Assembly: GCF_000981445.1 (NCBI RefSeq)
Contig: NC_027217.1
Coordinates: 2,604,001 to 2,668,000, forward strand
Direction of reading: 5' to 3'
Length of the DNA stretch: 64,000 nucleotides
DNA from: Babesia bigemina
Taxonomy: Eukaryota
Shown here: positions 22,561 to 35,800 of the stretch, one piece after another
Numbering within the stretch: the stretch's first letter is position 1
Layout of the letters: the number at the start of each line of letters is the position of its first letter
Translations under genes and position numbers: made by a program
Notes under the pieces: generated by a model
What the model was told of the DNA's origin: nothing
The model's database searches: none
Seen by the model: only the letters and a program-made list of their open reading frames with translations

Positions 22561-23007
22561 ATGGTGGGGCGCAAGGATAAGCTGCAGCAGATTATGACCC
22601 AACCGATCGTAAGTTTTGGCGGCGTTTTGCGTTGTCTGCGTGCCGCCGCGGCAGGGCGCAGGGTGTGTCGAGCCCCTGCGCTCGTCCTCCGCCGCGGCTT
22701 TGGCGCGATGCAGTGGCCACTATTTAACGCATTCTAATATTTTTGCAGAACCAGATCTTCCGGTTCTTCACGAGCGGGACCCGGGTGCAGATCTGGTTGT
22801 TCGACCAACCGAACATGAAGATTGAGGGCAGGATTCGGGTTCGTTGGCATTTTTAGCGCGTAAATACGAGTTCAGGGCTTCGACGAGTACATGAACATGG
22901 TCCTGGACGACGTGGAGGAGATCTCCGTCAAGCAGAAGGTCCGGAGGGCCCTCGGCACGATCCTCCTCAAGGGCGAGGCCATGACCCTGATCGCAGCCGC
23001 TTCCTAA
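22561..23007 (+). CDS. SNRPE: Small nuclear ribonucleoprotein E (Sm E); 3 exons, not called as such in the ORF track
   Basis: Exons 22561-22608, 22749-22838, 22876-23007 give [23 protein letters not shown]...[30 protein letters not shown]...[14 protein letters not shown], a canonical SmE. Confidence 0.95.
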
Positions 23008-23290
23008 CGAGCGTTATAATCGTACTAGAGTGATACTATGACCGCTGGGTCGTGATGGTGGCGTTGTACGTGTTTTAGGCGTGGAAGCCTCCGGCGCCGC
23101 TGCGACGTGGCTCTGCGAGTCCGGCCGTCGGCGCCGCTGTCTTTGTCCGCACAGCGCTGTGATCCGCTATATTTTCGCCTGTAGGTGAAATGTGTGTTTG
23201 GTGTTCCGTTGTTGCTGCTTGCGAAGGCGTTCCTCGCAATCTGGTGCCCGCAGCGGCCGGGCTCCACGCTGCCTTCCTAGACAGCGTCAG

Positions 23291-26147
23291 ATGGCTGCGC
23301 CGGCACAGGTACCGTACGGCATAGGCCTACCGAAATAAGCGTATTATGGACTTGTTCGTGGACTACCTGGATTCACAGCTACAGTCTCCCGAGGATTACG
23401 ACCTGCTAGTGTCGCGCGAAGAATCACATCGTTCCGTGAAGTCGCACCTAAATAAGCTGATTTCGGCGGCCAGCGATGCCGCGAAGGCGTCCAACCTCTT
23501 GCCAACGGACGATGAGTACTCCATTTACGTGAATAATCCGGCCTTTTCGTCGCGTCTGTCTGAGCTCTCGGCTAAGTGTGCGGAGGCCTTCTGCTGCGTA
23601 GACCCCCTCTTTCGCAAGATGGAGATGGACGACTACGACGACCCGTGTTCGTACCAGGCCATGGAAGCGTTGTCGAAAGAGATTTCCCTGGGACTCAACG
23701 TCCATCACAACGATCCCAACCAGCGGATCTCGGCCTTCCGGCGGGATAGCGGCGGGAAGGCGAAACGTAAGGTGCCTCCCAAGGGCATAGCCTCCAGGAA
23801 GTCACCCGAACCCCCGGAGAGCAGCCTGCAGTGTGACCCTGAAGCCCGCCTGGAGCAGCTTCCGCTGGAGATCGATGTCGACCTGTACAAGCGCGTGTGC
23901 AATCACCAGCAGTCCCGCTGGGCGCATTTGATCGACAACTTCAGCCTGAGTCAGATGTCATCACATCGACGCCCGAAATTCAACCCAATAGAGCCCTGCG
24001 TGACGAAGGGTGTGAAGCTGTCGGAACCGGAGGGCCCTCCTACGTCCGACACCGGCGTCCAGCGTCGGTTCGTGCCCATGTTGTACCCGACTGGTGATTA
24101 TTTGGAGAACTACCAGTGCAACAAGGCCCGGGCGGCCGTCTTGCCGCACCCGTACACGGCTGAGATTAACGCCCTCGAGTGGAGCAACACCGAGCAGGAG
24201 CACTCTCACCGCGGGCGCAAGACGCTCGGTGGCGGCAGCCTTCTGGACCCTAAAATTAACGTCAGCGGGCCATCTACACCGTGTAAGGACTGCCGGATGG
24301 TGCAGACTCTGCCGGAGTTGGAGAGCATGATCGCCGTCCTCAAGGGCTGCAACATCGTCGCTGTGGACGTTGAGCACCACAGCGGCCAGAGCTATCGCGG
24401 CTTCGTGTGCCTGGTGCAGATAACGGGTGCTGGGGTGGACTGGGTTGTTGACCCCTTCGAAATCTTCGACGAGATGTGGCGGCTGAACGAGGTGACCACG
24501 GACCCCCGCATCCTGAAGGTGATGCACGGTGCGGAGAGCGACACGCTATGGCTTCAGCGCGACTTCGGCGTCTACATCGTAAACCTGTTTGACACCCTCA
24601 AGGCTGCCGACGTACTCGGACTCCCCTGTGGACACTCGCTCTCCTGCTTGGTGAAGTATTTCCTGGACGTGCACCTGGACAAGTCCTACCAGTTGGCAGA
24701 CTGGCGGGTGCGACCGATACCGAGCGACATGCTGACCTACGCGAGTGCCGACACACACTACCTGCTGGACCTGTACAGCGCCCTGAAGAACCGCGCGCTC
24801 GAACTCGACGCGCAGGAGTCCGCAGCCGGCGGAATCGGCTGTGCGGACAACCGAATCATGCGCATAATGTTCCGGAGCCGTAAAGTCAGCCTCTGCCAGT
24901 ACAAGGAGCATGCGTTTAACGAAGTCATCCGCAGCCTTCAGGCCCTGCGCAAGTGCCGCCAATCCCTCAATAGGGTCGACCACCTGTCGCTCAACATCAT
25001 GATGAACCTGATGTCGTTGCGTAACTACGCAGCGCGCGTTTTGGACGAAAGCGAGCAGTTCGTGCTGCCCGACTACGGTGCAGTTGCGATGTCATTGGCG
25101 GGCGATGCGAAGAACGCCAGCGAGGTGTTCCTCAGGTCGGCGACCAAGCGCATGAACATGCTGCAGCACGAGATCCCATACGTGGTGAAGCTGCGCAACA
25201 CCATGAAAGACGCGCTAAGTTGGCTAGATACTACGGGCGAAGATTTGTCTGAGCCTATTCCCCTGGCAACTGTCATCGACAGGATGCGTCAGCCACCGAG
25301 GAGTGCCTCTCCGCCTGAGAAGACCAGCGATTCCGCTACGCACGCAAAGGCCAGTAAACCCAAGCGTGGTGATAAGGGGCGCTCGCGCAGTGATAGTGGT
25401 ACTTTACTGGGTACGGGTCCGAAGCCTAGTGGTAGTGCTCCCAAGGCGCCCAGCACCCTGGGCGGCACTGTGGAGCCTACTGGAGGCAGCGGATCGATCT
25501 ATGCCCCGTTCAGCAGCGTTGCTGCCCAAGCTGCTGGCAGTGTTCCCCCTTCGTCCGCTAATGTTTCCCTGAATTCGAGAGGCGATAATACCAGCAGTGG
25601 CGGCGTGCCCTCCGACGACGTTGACACCACGGCGGTTTCCGAGGCTACGGCATCGGCAGGTTCGGGTGACATCTCAGTGACCGCGGCGAAAGATAAGGGA
25701 AGCGCAAAAGTCGCGGCATCGGCCGCCAAGCTCAAGAAGCGCCGAGCCAAGCGCCGCCTACGGCCCAGTCAGTCCACGCAGCTTGCGGCAGATGCCGCGC
25801 CTGATGCTGCCACTCAGCCCGCGGCTGTTACCGCAAAAGTGAACAAGGGTGACGCTACAAGTAAGGGGGCTAATAAAGTGAAGCCCAAGAAGAAGAAGAA
25901 GAAGGTCGCACCAAAGCAGGCGGCAACAGGTGAGTTAGAGTTAGACAAGGTTGCGGTCACGCCGAAAGTTAACGACAAAGCCGCGGCTGAACCCAAACCC
26001 GAATCGCCGGCGGGGGTTCCTGGCACTGTGAAACAACGTCGCCATCGCCGCAGACGTCGACGAGGCTCATCGGCGTCAGAGACTTCAGTAGCTGCAGCGG
26101 CGCCAGGCCAAGATTCCACCAACGCCGCCACACATCCTCCATCGTAG
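23291..26147 (+). CDS. RRP6: Exosome 3'-5' exonuclease RRP6/EXOSC10 with low-complexity basic C-terminus
   Basis: DEDD motifs VAVDVEHH..SYRGFVCLVQI, HGAESD..WLQRDFG, YQLADWRVRP..ML.YA..DTHYLL; HRDC AR..DES..FVLP. Possible micro-exon 23291-23308 with 31-nt intron; otherwise start at 23346. Confidence 0.93.
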
Positions 26148-26450
26148 ATGGCTCGAAGCTCGTCAATGTTCCAAACTGTTTTCCGAGGCTCCGAAGGATG
26201 AGTTCCCTCACCTGGCTCGCGGATACCAATCACGCTTAGGGCTGTCTGCGGTGGAGGGTGCGGACCGTCCTCCCGCGAAACCTGCGGCGGCGCGTCATTA
26301 TATCTACTGGAGACGACCGCAATATTTTACGGCGGTGTGTGCCGCGGTGGATCGCTCTGTGATCCACCTTCAGCGGCCATGTGTGTCGGCCGGCTCCCCG
26401 GTGTCCCCGCCTACTGACTCGCAGATGCGATGGTAGCGGCAGTAGCATGA

Positions 26451-27257
26451 TTGGGAATGGCCGGACCCGAGAGGAAGCTGTCGCGGAGTCTGCAGTCCTC
26501 GGCAGGATCCGCTGACCGGCACATGATCCGTCGCGGTGCTGCCATACAGGCGCTGATCGACTTGAGCGAGCACAACTCATTGGCGATATCCAACAAGCGC
26601 TTCGCTCTGAGCCGTTTGAAGGCGAATGCTGCCGAGAAGAATGGGCAGGCTGCTGTGTCGGACGACCCGGGACCTTTGCGGTTCACGCAGAGCCAGCTGC
26701 GCCTACTTCGCCAGGAGCAGCTTATGTTGATGGCGGAGAACGAGCGGCTGGTGCACGAACTTCAGGAAATTCGGCGATGCAGGATACCAGGCCAATTCCG
26801 ACCCGGCCAGGCCCGCGCCGTGCCTGAGTTCCGGGAGTCGAAGTTATCGAAGGCGATCGACCTGACCCTCTCCGGCGGCCGCGACACACGATTACAGGCC
26901 GCACGTATCGGATTCCTGTGTGCTGTGGTCGCTCGTGTTCGTATAAGGCTGCTGAGCAGCGCCTTCCGCGTGCTGTCTAGGCAACCGCTCAGGTCGCTGC
27001 TATACGCCTCGTCGCGTGTGCACAACTCAGGACAACCCAGCATCCGCCAGGTCATGCTGTCCTGCATGGTGCTGGAGACCGCCATACGGTCGAAGGTGCA
27101 GCGGATCAAGCGACTGGGGTTGCGTTTGCTAAGAAACCCCGGAGCCGGCTCGGCATCGCGGCTGCAGTCGGCCTTTGGGGACTACTCGAGAGCTCCTGGC
27201 GGACTCAGCCAAAGTGAATCCAGACCAGCGGGTAAGTTTTGTTCGTGCGATATTTGA
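26451..27257 (+). CDS. Hypothetical protein with coiled coil; exon boundaries uncertain
   Basis: 268-codon ORF; coiled-coil-like LRQEQLMLMAENERLVHELQE; probable splice donor near 27232. Confidence 0.5.
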   Translation: MGMAGPERKLSRSLQSSAGSADRHMIRRGAAIQALIDLSEHNSLAISNKRFALSRLKANAAEKNGQAAVSDDPGPLRFTQSQLRLLRQEQLMLMAENERLVHELQEIRRCRIPGQFRPGQARAVPEFRESKLSKAIDLTLSGGRDTRLQAARIGFLCAVVARVRIRLLSSAFRVLSRQPLRSLLYASSRVHNSGQPSIRQVMLSCMVLETAIRSKVQRIKRLGLRLLRNPGAGSASRLQSAFGDYSRAPGGLSQSESRPAGKFCSCDI

Positions 27258-27339
27258 CGTTTGTTTCAGTGGACATGACCAGCCTGTACCTGCCAGGACC
27301 ACATAGCAGCTACCAGCGCCAACTGCCCAGCGTGCGCCG

Positions 27340-30300
27340 TTACCTCTGCTGAACGCGCCGCTGACGTGGCTTCGTCTTGCAGTAGAGCGCTCTGCATAGC
27401 GCGTACAACTGTGTTGTAATGCTTTGCGACACCTTACACCTACCGAGCTGTTGACGGGGGCGCGTTTCCCCCTCCGCCTGTGCTTGCCGAGCGTCTCGTT
27501 GATGTGCGCCAGGTTGGAGTTGCTGAGGGCGTGCGCGAACGCGTACGGGGTGGGCCACGCGGCGAGCATCGCCTCGGTGGTGGCCTCGCTGCACCCCGGG
27601 ATGGCCCTCAGCTGCTTACCGAACAGGTCGCGGAACGTCAGCTGGTTGCGCTTGCGATTCCGGACCTTCCACTGCGCCAGCGGCATGTACCTGCTTTGGA
27701 TCCACAGTTGCAGGAACTCGCCGGACGTTGTGTTCGCCTCACGCATGTACTCGTGCGTGCGGCTCTCAATGTGCCGGTGCATCGCCAGGATGCTCGCGGC
27801 CGTGTGCGGCATGCCCGTCGTCCTCAACACGTTGAACCCCGTGACCATCTGCGTGCGGACGCGCGCTGACGTTATGGCCGCGGCGTTCACGCCCTTGTGC
27901 ATTTTAGTACGGCCCACAACTGCCCGCGCGTCGATGTCCTCGAACACGTAGCAGACGTGCTTGAACCCGATGAGCCTCAGCAGGCGTATCTTCTGGTCGT
28001 CGTACCTGCCGTCGCAGATGCTGGCCGCCAGGTCGACCGTCGTCTTGCGTTCCAGCACCCAATCCAGCACGAAGCTGTCGGCCAGCTGGTCATTGGCGCC
28101 CGACGCTTTGCGCCTCTTTGCGCCTCTATTGGCAGTTTTGGGCGCCGCAGTGGCGTTGGGGTTCCTGGCGCCAGACCGCGTGGCCGCATTCGCCCGTTTC
28201 TCATCTGGGTCCTCTTCCTGCGACATGATTAGATCGACAAGATCGTTCTCTGCAGTTACAGCAGGAGCGTCGCCTTCCGCTCCCTGATTCTTGCGACGCA
28301 GCACCCAAATGACGTCGCCCAGCGGCAGCTGCCGGAACACCACGGGCTTGCCGGCGGCGCTGAAGAGGTCCACGATCCTCCTTTTGTACCTCCCATCGGC
28401 GTCGTTCACTTCCCGGTTGTCCACGACGGTGACGACCTCGTACCCCTCAGGGCCGTCTGGAACGGCGATTCCCTGCCTGCTTTGGAGCCGCCTGCACAAG
28501 TGAGATGGCGGGTCCTTCTGCGGCGACATCGCAACTGACCGTATGGTCAATTGCAGCAATTCTGAACGAGTAGCTGACTTGGGAGCTGGGATTGGGGAAT
28601 CAATGGGACTCGAAGATGAGCTGTCTATCTCGATGGGCTCCTGCTCCTGTGCTTCCAGTCCGGTTCGCTTCACTTGCGACTGCGTCAGCCGGGCAGCCAG
28701 TGGCGTGTCGACCAGCTGTGAGCTGCGACTTGGATGGTTTGGGTAGGATTCCGTGTCTTCCAACTGACTAGACTGGATAGTGTGCTGCCTTGTAGGTTGC
28801 GTGGCTTCGTGGTCAACGGCACCTAGGTCGTTGGCTGCCGTGTCCCTCTCAGCTCCGACCATCTGCGACCCCAGTTCTAGCATGGGGGCGCCGTTGTGAT
28901 CACTGCTCTGGCTGTAGCACTGAGACGCGCCGTGGTAGTCGTCCATGAGCCTGCGATATCTGTCGGACGTGACGTCCGTGATGTCGAGAGAGTCGTCGGA
29001 ATACGGCGAGTCGCTGTAAACAGACTCATCTTCACCGTTTTGGGGGCTCAGATACTCCCCAGTTTTGCCAATCGCATCATCATTGGTTTGCTGATTTGGC
29101 GCTGCTTCATCGGCGCTGCTGGATGGATCCGGAGTCCTGAACCCTTCGGAACCGCACTCCATTTTCGGAGCGACGCTGCGGTCTTTTGCAGCCACCGGAG
29201 TTTTCACCACGATGTGGGCGGTGTTGGCATCAGACACTTTCGGGGTCTCACAGTTGATGTCTTGTAGAGTGGCCTCGCCCGCTTGGGAGCCCACCGCCAT
29301 TGCTGAAACTTGTTCGGCACCTGCTTGTGAGCCCATGACCTGCGATGCGGCACCCAATCGGCTGCTGGCTTGCGACTGCAAGGGGCTGGTTGCATCTTTG
29401 TTCGAACCCGCGGTTTTGGGGACGCTGTCGAGGCTCTGCGTCGAGTCCGATATGACGCAGACCTCGGTTATGGGCAACGGGCGAGTTTCAACTTTAGGAA
29501 CCATTTTACCAGTCGCTGATGGGTGATTTGAGTTGCTTGTGTATCTGTAGTTTGAGATGCTTGTGTAGGCGCCTTTGATTTTCAGCTTCCCAACGGTCCC
29601 GTCACCCACGTATTGTGAGGGGTCGTTGCATTTGAACGAAAGGAGCACATTTGGATCAACTTGCTCAATTGCTTGTTCATCAATGCTGATTTGCGTGAGT
29701 TTCACGTCAGTATCTTTCTGGCATTGCGATGATGTTGGTGAGCCATTTCCTGGGGGGTTGAGACTATTCCCACTGGCGACCAAAATGTCCTCCATCTCCT
29801 CGTCGGAGTCGCTTAGGTACTCGCTATAATAGTCGCTGGCGCTGGCGGTATGCTCCTGATCATCCGAGATGTCAACAACATCCCCAGTGCCGGCCTGGCT
29901 CCTCGGGATGGCGGCGTATACCCCTGGCGGCACCTGTTGCGACCGTTGGGTCTGTGAGAAAACGTCAGCTTGCAGCCGTCTGTTTGAGATTGGGACCTCG
30001 CAGCCGGATATGATTTCCTCAGCCAGCGTCTGTCCCCACTGCGTGAGCCCGTACAGGTAGAACCGTCTTTTTTTGGAGTTGAACTCGACGTTGCCCTCGT
30101 CCTGTTTTGCCGGGTAGACGAAGTCCACAATGGACTTCTCAACTAGCGTGCGGACGAAGTCGAGGTTGGTCAGACGGCACTTGGGCATGCGCTCGATCAG
30201 CTCCTTGGAGCGCTGCAGGATGGTCTCAACGGAGAGCTTGGTGTCGCCGTCGGCGTACAGCCCGAGCACCATGATGAACGTCCATGCGCTCGAGTAGCGT

Positions 30301-31027
30301 ACCGGTCGCCACTCCTTCGATGTAGCCACAGTCTCGTCGTCGAATTCGGTGTTCGCGATGAACGACCTGATGCGGCCCAAAACAGTTTCTACGTACGCCG
30401 CGCATTGGGTCCTATTGACCACCGGTACCCCGTGTTTCTCGATTGCCCTGACAATATTGATTTGCCGTTGTGCCGAATGGACATACCTTTCGAACACCTT
30501 GGTGGTGTTCAAGCCCACTCCGGACATGGCGACAGCATTGTCCGTGTTGTATATAGGCATCGGGTACCTCTCGAGAGCATTGACTGCCTGCATCTGGTGT
30601 GAGCGACGGCATGATTACTCGACAATCAGCGGTAGGGATATACTACGCAACGGATATGGTACAGCGTGGTACGCAGGTTGCACGATTGTTGTTGTGGAAA
30701 TAAGGTAACACATGACCACATGCACATCCATTGGTGTTGGCAATTAAGTCATACGGCACATCAGATGACACACAATACCACCCACAGCGGCCAATTGACA
30801 TTTGTATCTATCCATATGCAATACACATCACGTGAGAAACAACAGCAGATGCGAAAGTTCGCATGGACGATGCGAATACCGACCCTGTTGAGAGAGGAAA
30901 CCTTGCAGCGGTTCCCTATACGCCTCCATCGTTCCAGTTCGGACAGCAGGAACCTGTAGTACGAGTGGTTTGACGGGTGCACGAGAGAAAGCCCGCGCTT
31001 CAAGCGCCGTCCTTCCTCTTTCGCCAT
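27340..31027 (-). CDS. MUS81: Crossover-junction endonuclease MUS81, multi-exon
   Basis: N-terminal HhH (HPSN..|AVNALERYPMPI), ERCC4 domain VVDNREV, LPLGDVIWV, ERKT..DLAASICDGRYDDQKIRL, C-terminal HhH QLRAIPGCS..WPTP. A 35-nt terminal intron gives the end LYALCRALY...QR* at 27340. Start may lie at 31108. Confidence 0.9.
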
Positions 31028-31703
31028 CAGCTGCTCATCGACGTGCCTAGTGGCATCCCGGTGTCAGGGAATTCCGAGTGGCGTCACTATGTCCTGCAGG
31101 TATTCCATGGTTACTGTATGCAGCCATTCGCTGCCGTTTAGATCTCTTCTAGAGAACCACGGCGACTCCGCCCATATGGCATAGCACTGACGCCGTGGCA
31201 ATGGCGTCCAAAGTCCGTACCGACCGAGATTTATTTGTGTAATAGTTCGTTACGCATAATAGTGGCATGTGCATCGCATCTTCTGGCGGCATGGTCACGC
31301 GAACCCGTTGTTGCCTGCGCATACCGCGACGGCGTCTCTAATGAAGGCTGCGAAGAAATGTGTTGACATGTGTTCGGCACGCATGACGTAGTCGAGCATA
31401 AAACCCAGTTTATGTGGTTGCCGTCGAAGACGGCGTAAGTGTTGACTTAGTTCAAAGTGTTTGTTGGTGAGAAGCTGTTAGACAGCGCAGCTCGATCCAC
31501 ACATCGAGCTGTTTTATGCTGCAATTTACTGCCAGTATCTAGACACGCCAAACGCATTGGCTTCGGGTCCTTAGTTGTATATATAGACATGCAAAACTGT
31601 GTGTGAGATGCAGGTGTGTATGTGGCGCGCAGATTCGTGAAATAATCCGTGGATCTGGTCACTGCCGACAAAACACCGCTTGGCGAGGCCATCTAATGGC
31701 ACC

Positions 31704-32861
31704 ATGTATACCAGCAAGTTCGAGCCGCCGTCATTCGGTACGTCAGCGCCGCTGATCTTTGACCTTGTACAGGCCCGTCCAACCTCAAATACGAGAAGCT
31801 GATTTCGGCCAACCTAAAACACATCCAAGCCGAGATTCTATACACCGAGCACAATGTAAGTATAGCGGCACGTGTCTCCGTGGAGTGGACTTTATTCGTT
31901 TGCCTTGAGGGAGTTAACGTCGTTGCAGGTCGGGGATCTGTCTAACCGATTCGCGTCACAGCGGCTGCTGACCACCATCCAGAACAAGCTGGACAACGTT
32001 TTTTCCCTCATTAGCGTCACGGAGGGCTATTTGGACGAGTGGCGCTCGGAGATTTCGCGCTCGCCTGGCCTTCTGGATGCCAGCAGTTCCTTCGAGCGGC
32101 TGAAGGGCCAGTTCAGCCGGGAGGTGGCTCGGGCGAAAAACCTGTCCAGCTTGGTGATGAAACGCCCGCATATCCCCACGTCGGAGTCGGTTGACGAGAC
32201 CTCTACAGTTGACAGTTCGCCTGGCGCCGCGCAGGTGGATTACCATTTCATAAATTCTGCCATGATCGACGCCTCGCCGGAGCTGCAGCCGATTCAGCAC
32301 TTCGATTTCGTGGAGTTCGACCGTGATCAGGAGCAGCTGACTGACTCGCTGATCGAGGCGCGGAGCCAGGGAATCAGCAATATCCGAAATCAGATTGAAC
32401 AGGTTAGTCGCCACAGCAGCCTACGTCATTGACAACTGTGCATTACTCCGCTGCACGGTGTATTGGTTACACATGCGGCCACGAGTGACCCATTTGGTGC
32501 ATCATTTCCCATCGTGGCCTCTATTCCGCCGTTGTATTGGCGCCTGCGCCGCCGCAGTCTTGACTTATCGCATGTTAGGCCCATGGCATATTCAACGACA
32601 TCGCAACCATAGTGGCTGTGCAGGACGGCGGTCTGCAGCAGCTGGAAGTCAACCTCAAGGAGGCACACGTAAACAGCGAGGAGGCTCTAGTGGACATCGA
32701 GTCCCTGGTGACGTCGCGCCGCCGCACTTCGCGTCGCAGGTTGGTTGCATGTGTGAATGTCATGTAGCAATTTTATCAGGAAGTATTGGGCCATCGGCGC
32801 ACTGGTGTTCGCGGCGATGCTGATATGTTATTACTCGCACTTCTTGTTGCTGCTGCTTTAG
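31704..32861 (+). CDS. Syntaxin (Qa-SNARE, STX7/12/Pep12-like), multi-exon
   Basis: Habc-like helices, SNARE motif EARSQGISNIRNQIEQ|AHGIFNDIATIVAVQDGGLQQLEVNL, basic linker, C-terminal TM YWAIGALVFAAMLICYY; stop TAG 32859-32861. Confidence 0.85.
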
Positions 32862-35800
32862 GAAGCGTCACTTTCCCACCGTCTGTACCAGGTCAGGTGG
32901 CCTATCGAGCCAGCCAGCGCCTTCTTGAACGCTTCACGGCGACTGTCGGACACGAACGTAAGCTCCCAGAGGTTCTCCTCGTCCTCATCGTCGGGGTCTG
33001 TCACCGAGATCGCCACTGCGAGGTCGGCGCCGTAGGCAACACTTGTGATGGAGTCGCAGTAGCACTCGTCCAAGAGTTCTATGGGTTCTCGCGGGCTCCC
33101 CTCCGACTCTGACTCACTGGACTCGTCGTCTGACTCGGTTCCGTGTGATCCTGAATTAGGCTTCGGCTTATGCCCGGGAGTCAGGGGTTGGCCGGCGCGC
33201 ATGTCGCCGTTGTCCGTAGTGTACTCTTCACAGGTGAACGTGCCTGGAGTGACCATGACCGATAATTTTTTGTAACATACCACTTCGGATACCCTCTGCC
33301 AGCAGGACGTGGTCGACGGCGAAAATTGCCAGCTTGTCCTTCGTCAGCGCGGCGAGGCAGATGCGGCCGTCCCACAGGCACAGCCCGAGGTACGTCGTGG
33401 CGTCTCCTAGCGCTCTGGCGGCCAAGCGCCCCAGCGTGGGGATGTTGCCCGCAGTTACGTAATGCCTGAATGCCTTGGGCGGGGTGTGCCGCAGCGTGAA
33501 CATCGCCCACTGGGGGTCCGTCAGTTTAGCCGTGGTGTCGGCGACCAGCTCGCGCGCGAATACGACGTATAGCAGCCCGCCCTCTATCTCCCATATCGCT
33601 GCGCTTGGGCGGAACTTCGCTTGGGTTCTGAACTCGTCTTCACGTTTGGCGCGGAGCACGTGGAGTCGTCGCGACGTGACGGCCATGAGTGCGTTCTGCG
33701 TCGACCCGCCCTTCTTGACGATCCAGGCGTCGTCCATCAGGAGGACGCGTTCCAATCGCGTTTCCGACACCTTTTCCTGGAACCTCTTGCCCAGATCCGC
33801 AAGCCTTATGCGACGCAGGATGTCGGACACGATGCTCCGCCGCAGCAGCAATGAGCTGGAGTGCCTCAGCTCGCTGATGGCGTTGAGCACGTGGGGGTAG
33901 TGCGTGTTCCTAGCCGCGCAGGAAGCCGCCACGGCGATGTCCACGCACGCCTCCCTTATCTGCTCCAACAGGCTGGATTCGTAGAGGTGGGACACGTACG
34001 TGCCGACGCTGCTACCCGTCTCCAGTGAGACTATCTGGAACAGGATCCTGAGTGCCAGCGTAAGCGCATGCTCGGGCACGCATCTGATCACGCATTTCTC
34101 GACGAAGTGCTGCTGTATCTCGAGAACGTTAGAGAACTTTATCCACGGCATCTGCCTGGCGAAGAGCGCGAAGACACGGAACACCCTCAGCAGCACCAGC
34201 TGCACGTGATGCATGCTGTCGTCGACCCAGTCGACGCTCACGTTGGTGGTGATGACCATCAACGGCTCGCAGAAGGACGCTGCGAACCTCGACACGATGT
34301 CGTATATGACAATCATGTCCATGGACTCCGCCTGTACGGAGGCGTCGATGGTGAAGGCGCGTTCGCACACCCGAAGCAGCTTGGCCGTCAGGTTCGCGTC
34401 CAGGAACGACGAGCACGTCGTGAGCTTGATGAGGTTGCGCACGAAATCCGCCTGCCTGAAGTGCCCCCTTACTGCATCGCGGACCACCACGGACACACTG
34501 GGTGCCATGAGGGCGTGCAGGGTTCGCAGGAAGCTCGACACCACGAAGCACGGGTTGAGCACCTTCTTGCATTCGTTCATCCACACCTTGTTCAGATGTT
34601 TCCTGGGGCGCACGGTGTAGAAGGGCTCAGCGCCATCGCGCATGGTGCCCTGGTGGCTTCGCCATTGCTTCCAGTTCACGTAGGACACGAGCTGCCGCGT
34701 GGGTTTCGATATGGCATTGCTGATGCCCTCACACAGCTGGGACGTTTCGGCCAGGTTCTCGCCGCAGAATATCTCGGAGCACTCGACGCTCCAGTCGAAC
34801 TTGTCCACGATGTTTAGCCGTTCGCAGTCCAACTTGCGGCCCTTGAGTATACCGGCCCAGTACTCGCTGTGCGCCTTGCGTTTCCGTTCCATCCTGAACA
34901 CGTTATGGATTTACCGGCAGTGTGACGATCAACGTACTGGTAGTACTCCGTGAATGACGCTGAGAAGGAAGCGCTGAGGTACGACATGATCTTCTTCGGC
35001 ATGTCCATCGACACATAGAGCTGCGCGCCAATGGAACACAGCGCGTTTCTAGAACGACTAACCTGCCGCTGCTGGTCGCGGTGGACGTTGGAATCTATCT
35101 GCCACGCTTCGTCGTGCGGGAATAGGCGGTCCTGTTCAACAGGATCGCCGCCCACCACGTTAATGGGTACGGCCACAGCGTTGTTTGGCGGCGATTCAGG
35201 GTTTGCGATGCTTGAGTCTGGAGTTTCCTCCGCACTGTGCTCGTCCGGTCTAGATTCATCAGCGTGTGGGATCCGGGGTTCGAGCGGCTCGTCGTCGAAG
35301 TCGCCCACCTCGCACGCGCAGATATCCTCGATGGTCAGGAGCTCGTTCTCGGGCCTGCCACGAGCGTCGCTTATGGCGCGGTTGACGGTCCTGAACACGC
35401 GGAAGATCTGCTTGCTGTCATGCTTCAGCCTGAACGTGTCGAACATGCAGGCGTTCAGGAACGCGACGTCGCCCCCCACGCAGGCGAGTTCCACCCTGAC
35501 CTCCGGGTGGTCATACGCGCAGAAATCTTCCTCGTACTTCAGCGCCTTTCTCAGGCTCAGGGAGTGGCGCTCCTCCCTGAAGAGCACTTTGCCAGTGGGT
35601 CTGTTGGAGGCTGCCAGCAGCAGCTCGACGCACTTCACGTGCAGCACCTTGTACCGCTCGGCTTCTGGCGTCTTCAGCGTGACCAACAGTAGCCAGCACG
35701 TGCGCTCGACGATGCGTTCCACGGAGTAAATGTCGAGCTTGTGCTTGAGCGCATCCACTATGTATTCGAAAACCTGCGGCTCGAACTCCCTGAAGTTGGC

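Noticed and set aside
27129..27339. Apparent coding overlap of MUS81 with the 26451-27257 ORF
   Set aside because: It arises from reading through a 35-nt intron; spliced MUS81 ends at 27340.
1..31027. Two ERCC4-family nucleases (XPF and MUS81) within about 30 kb as a possible repair cluster
   Set aside because: They are ancient paralogues separated by many unrelated genes; proximity in a compact genome is plausibly chance.
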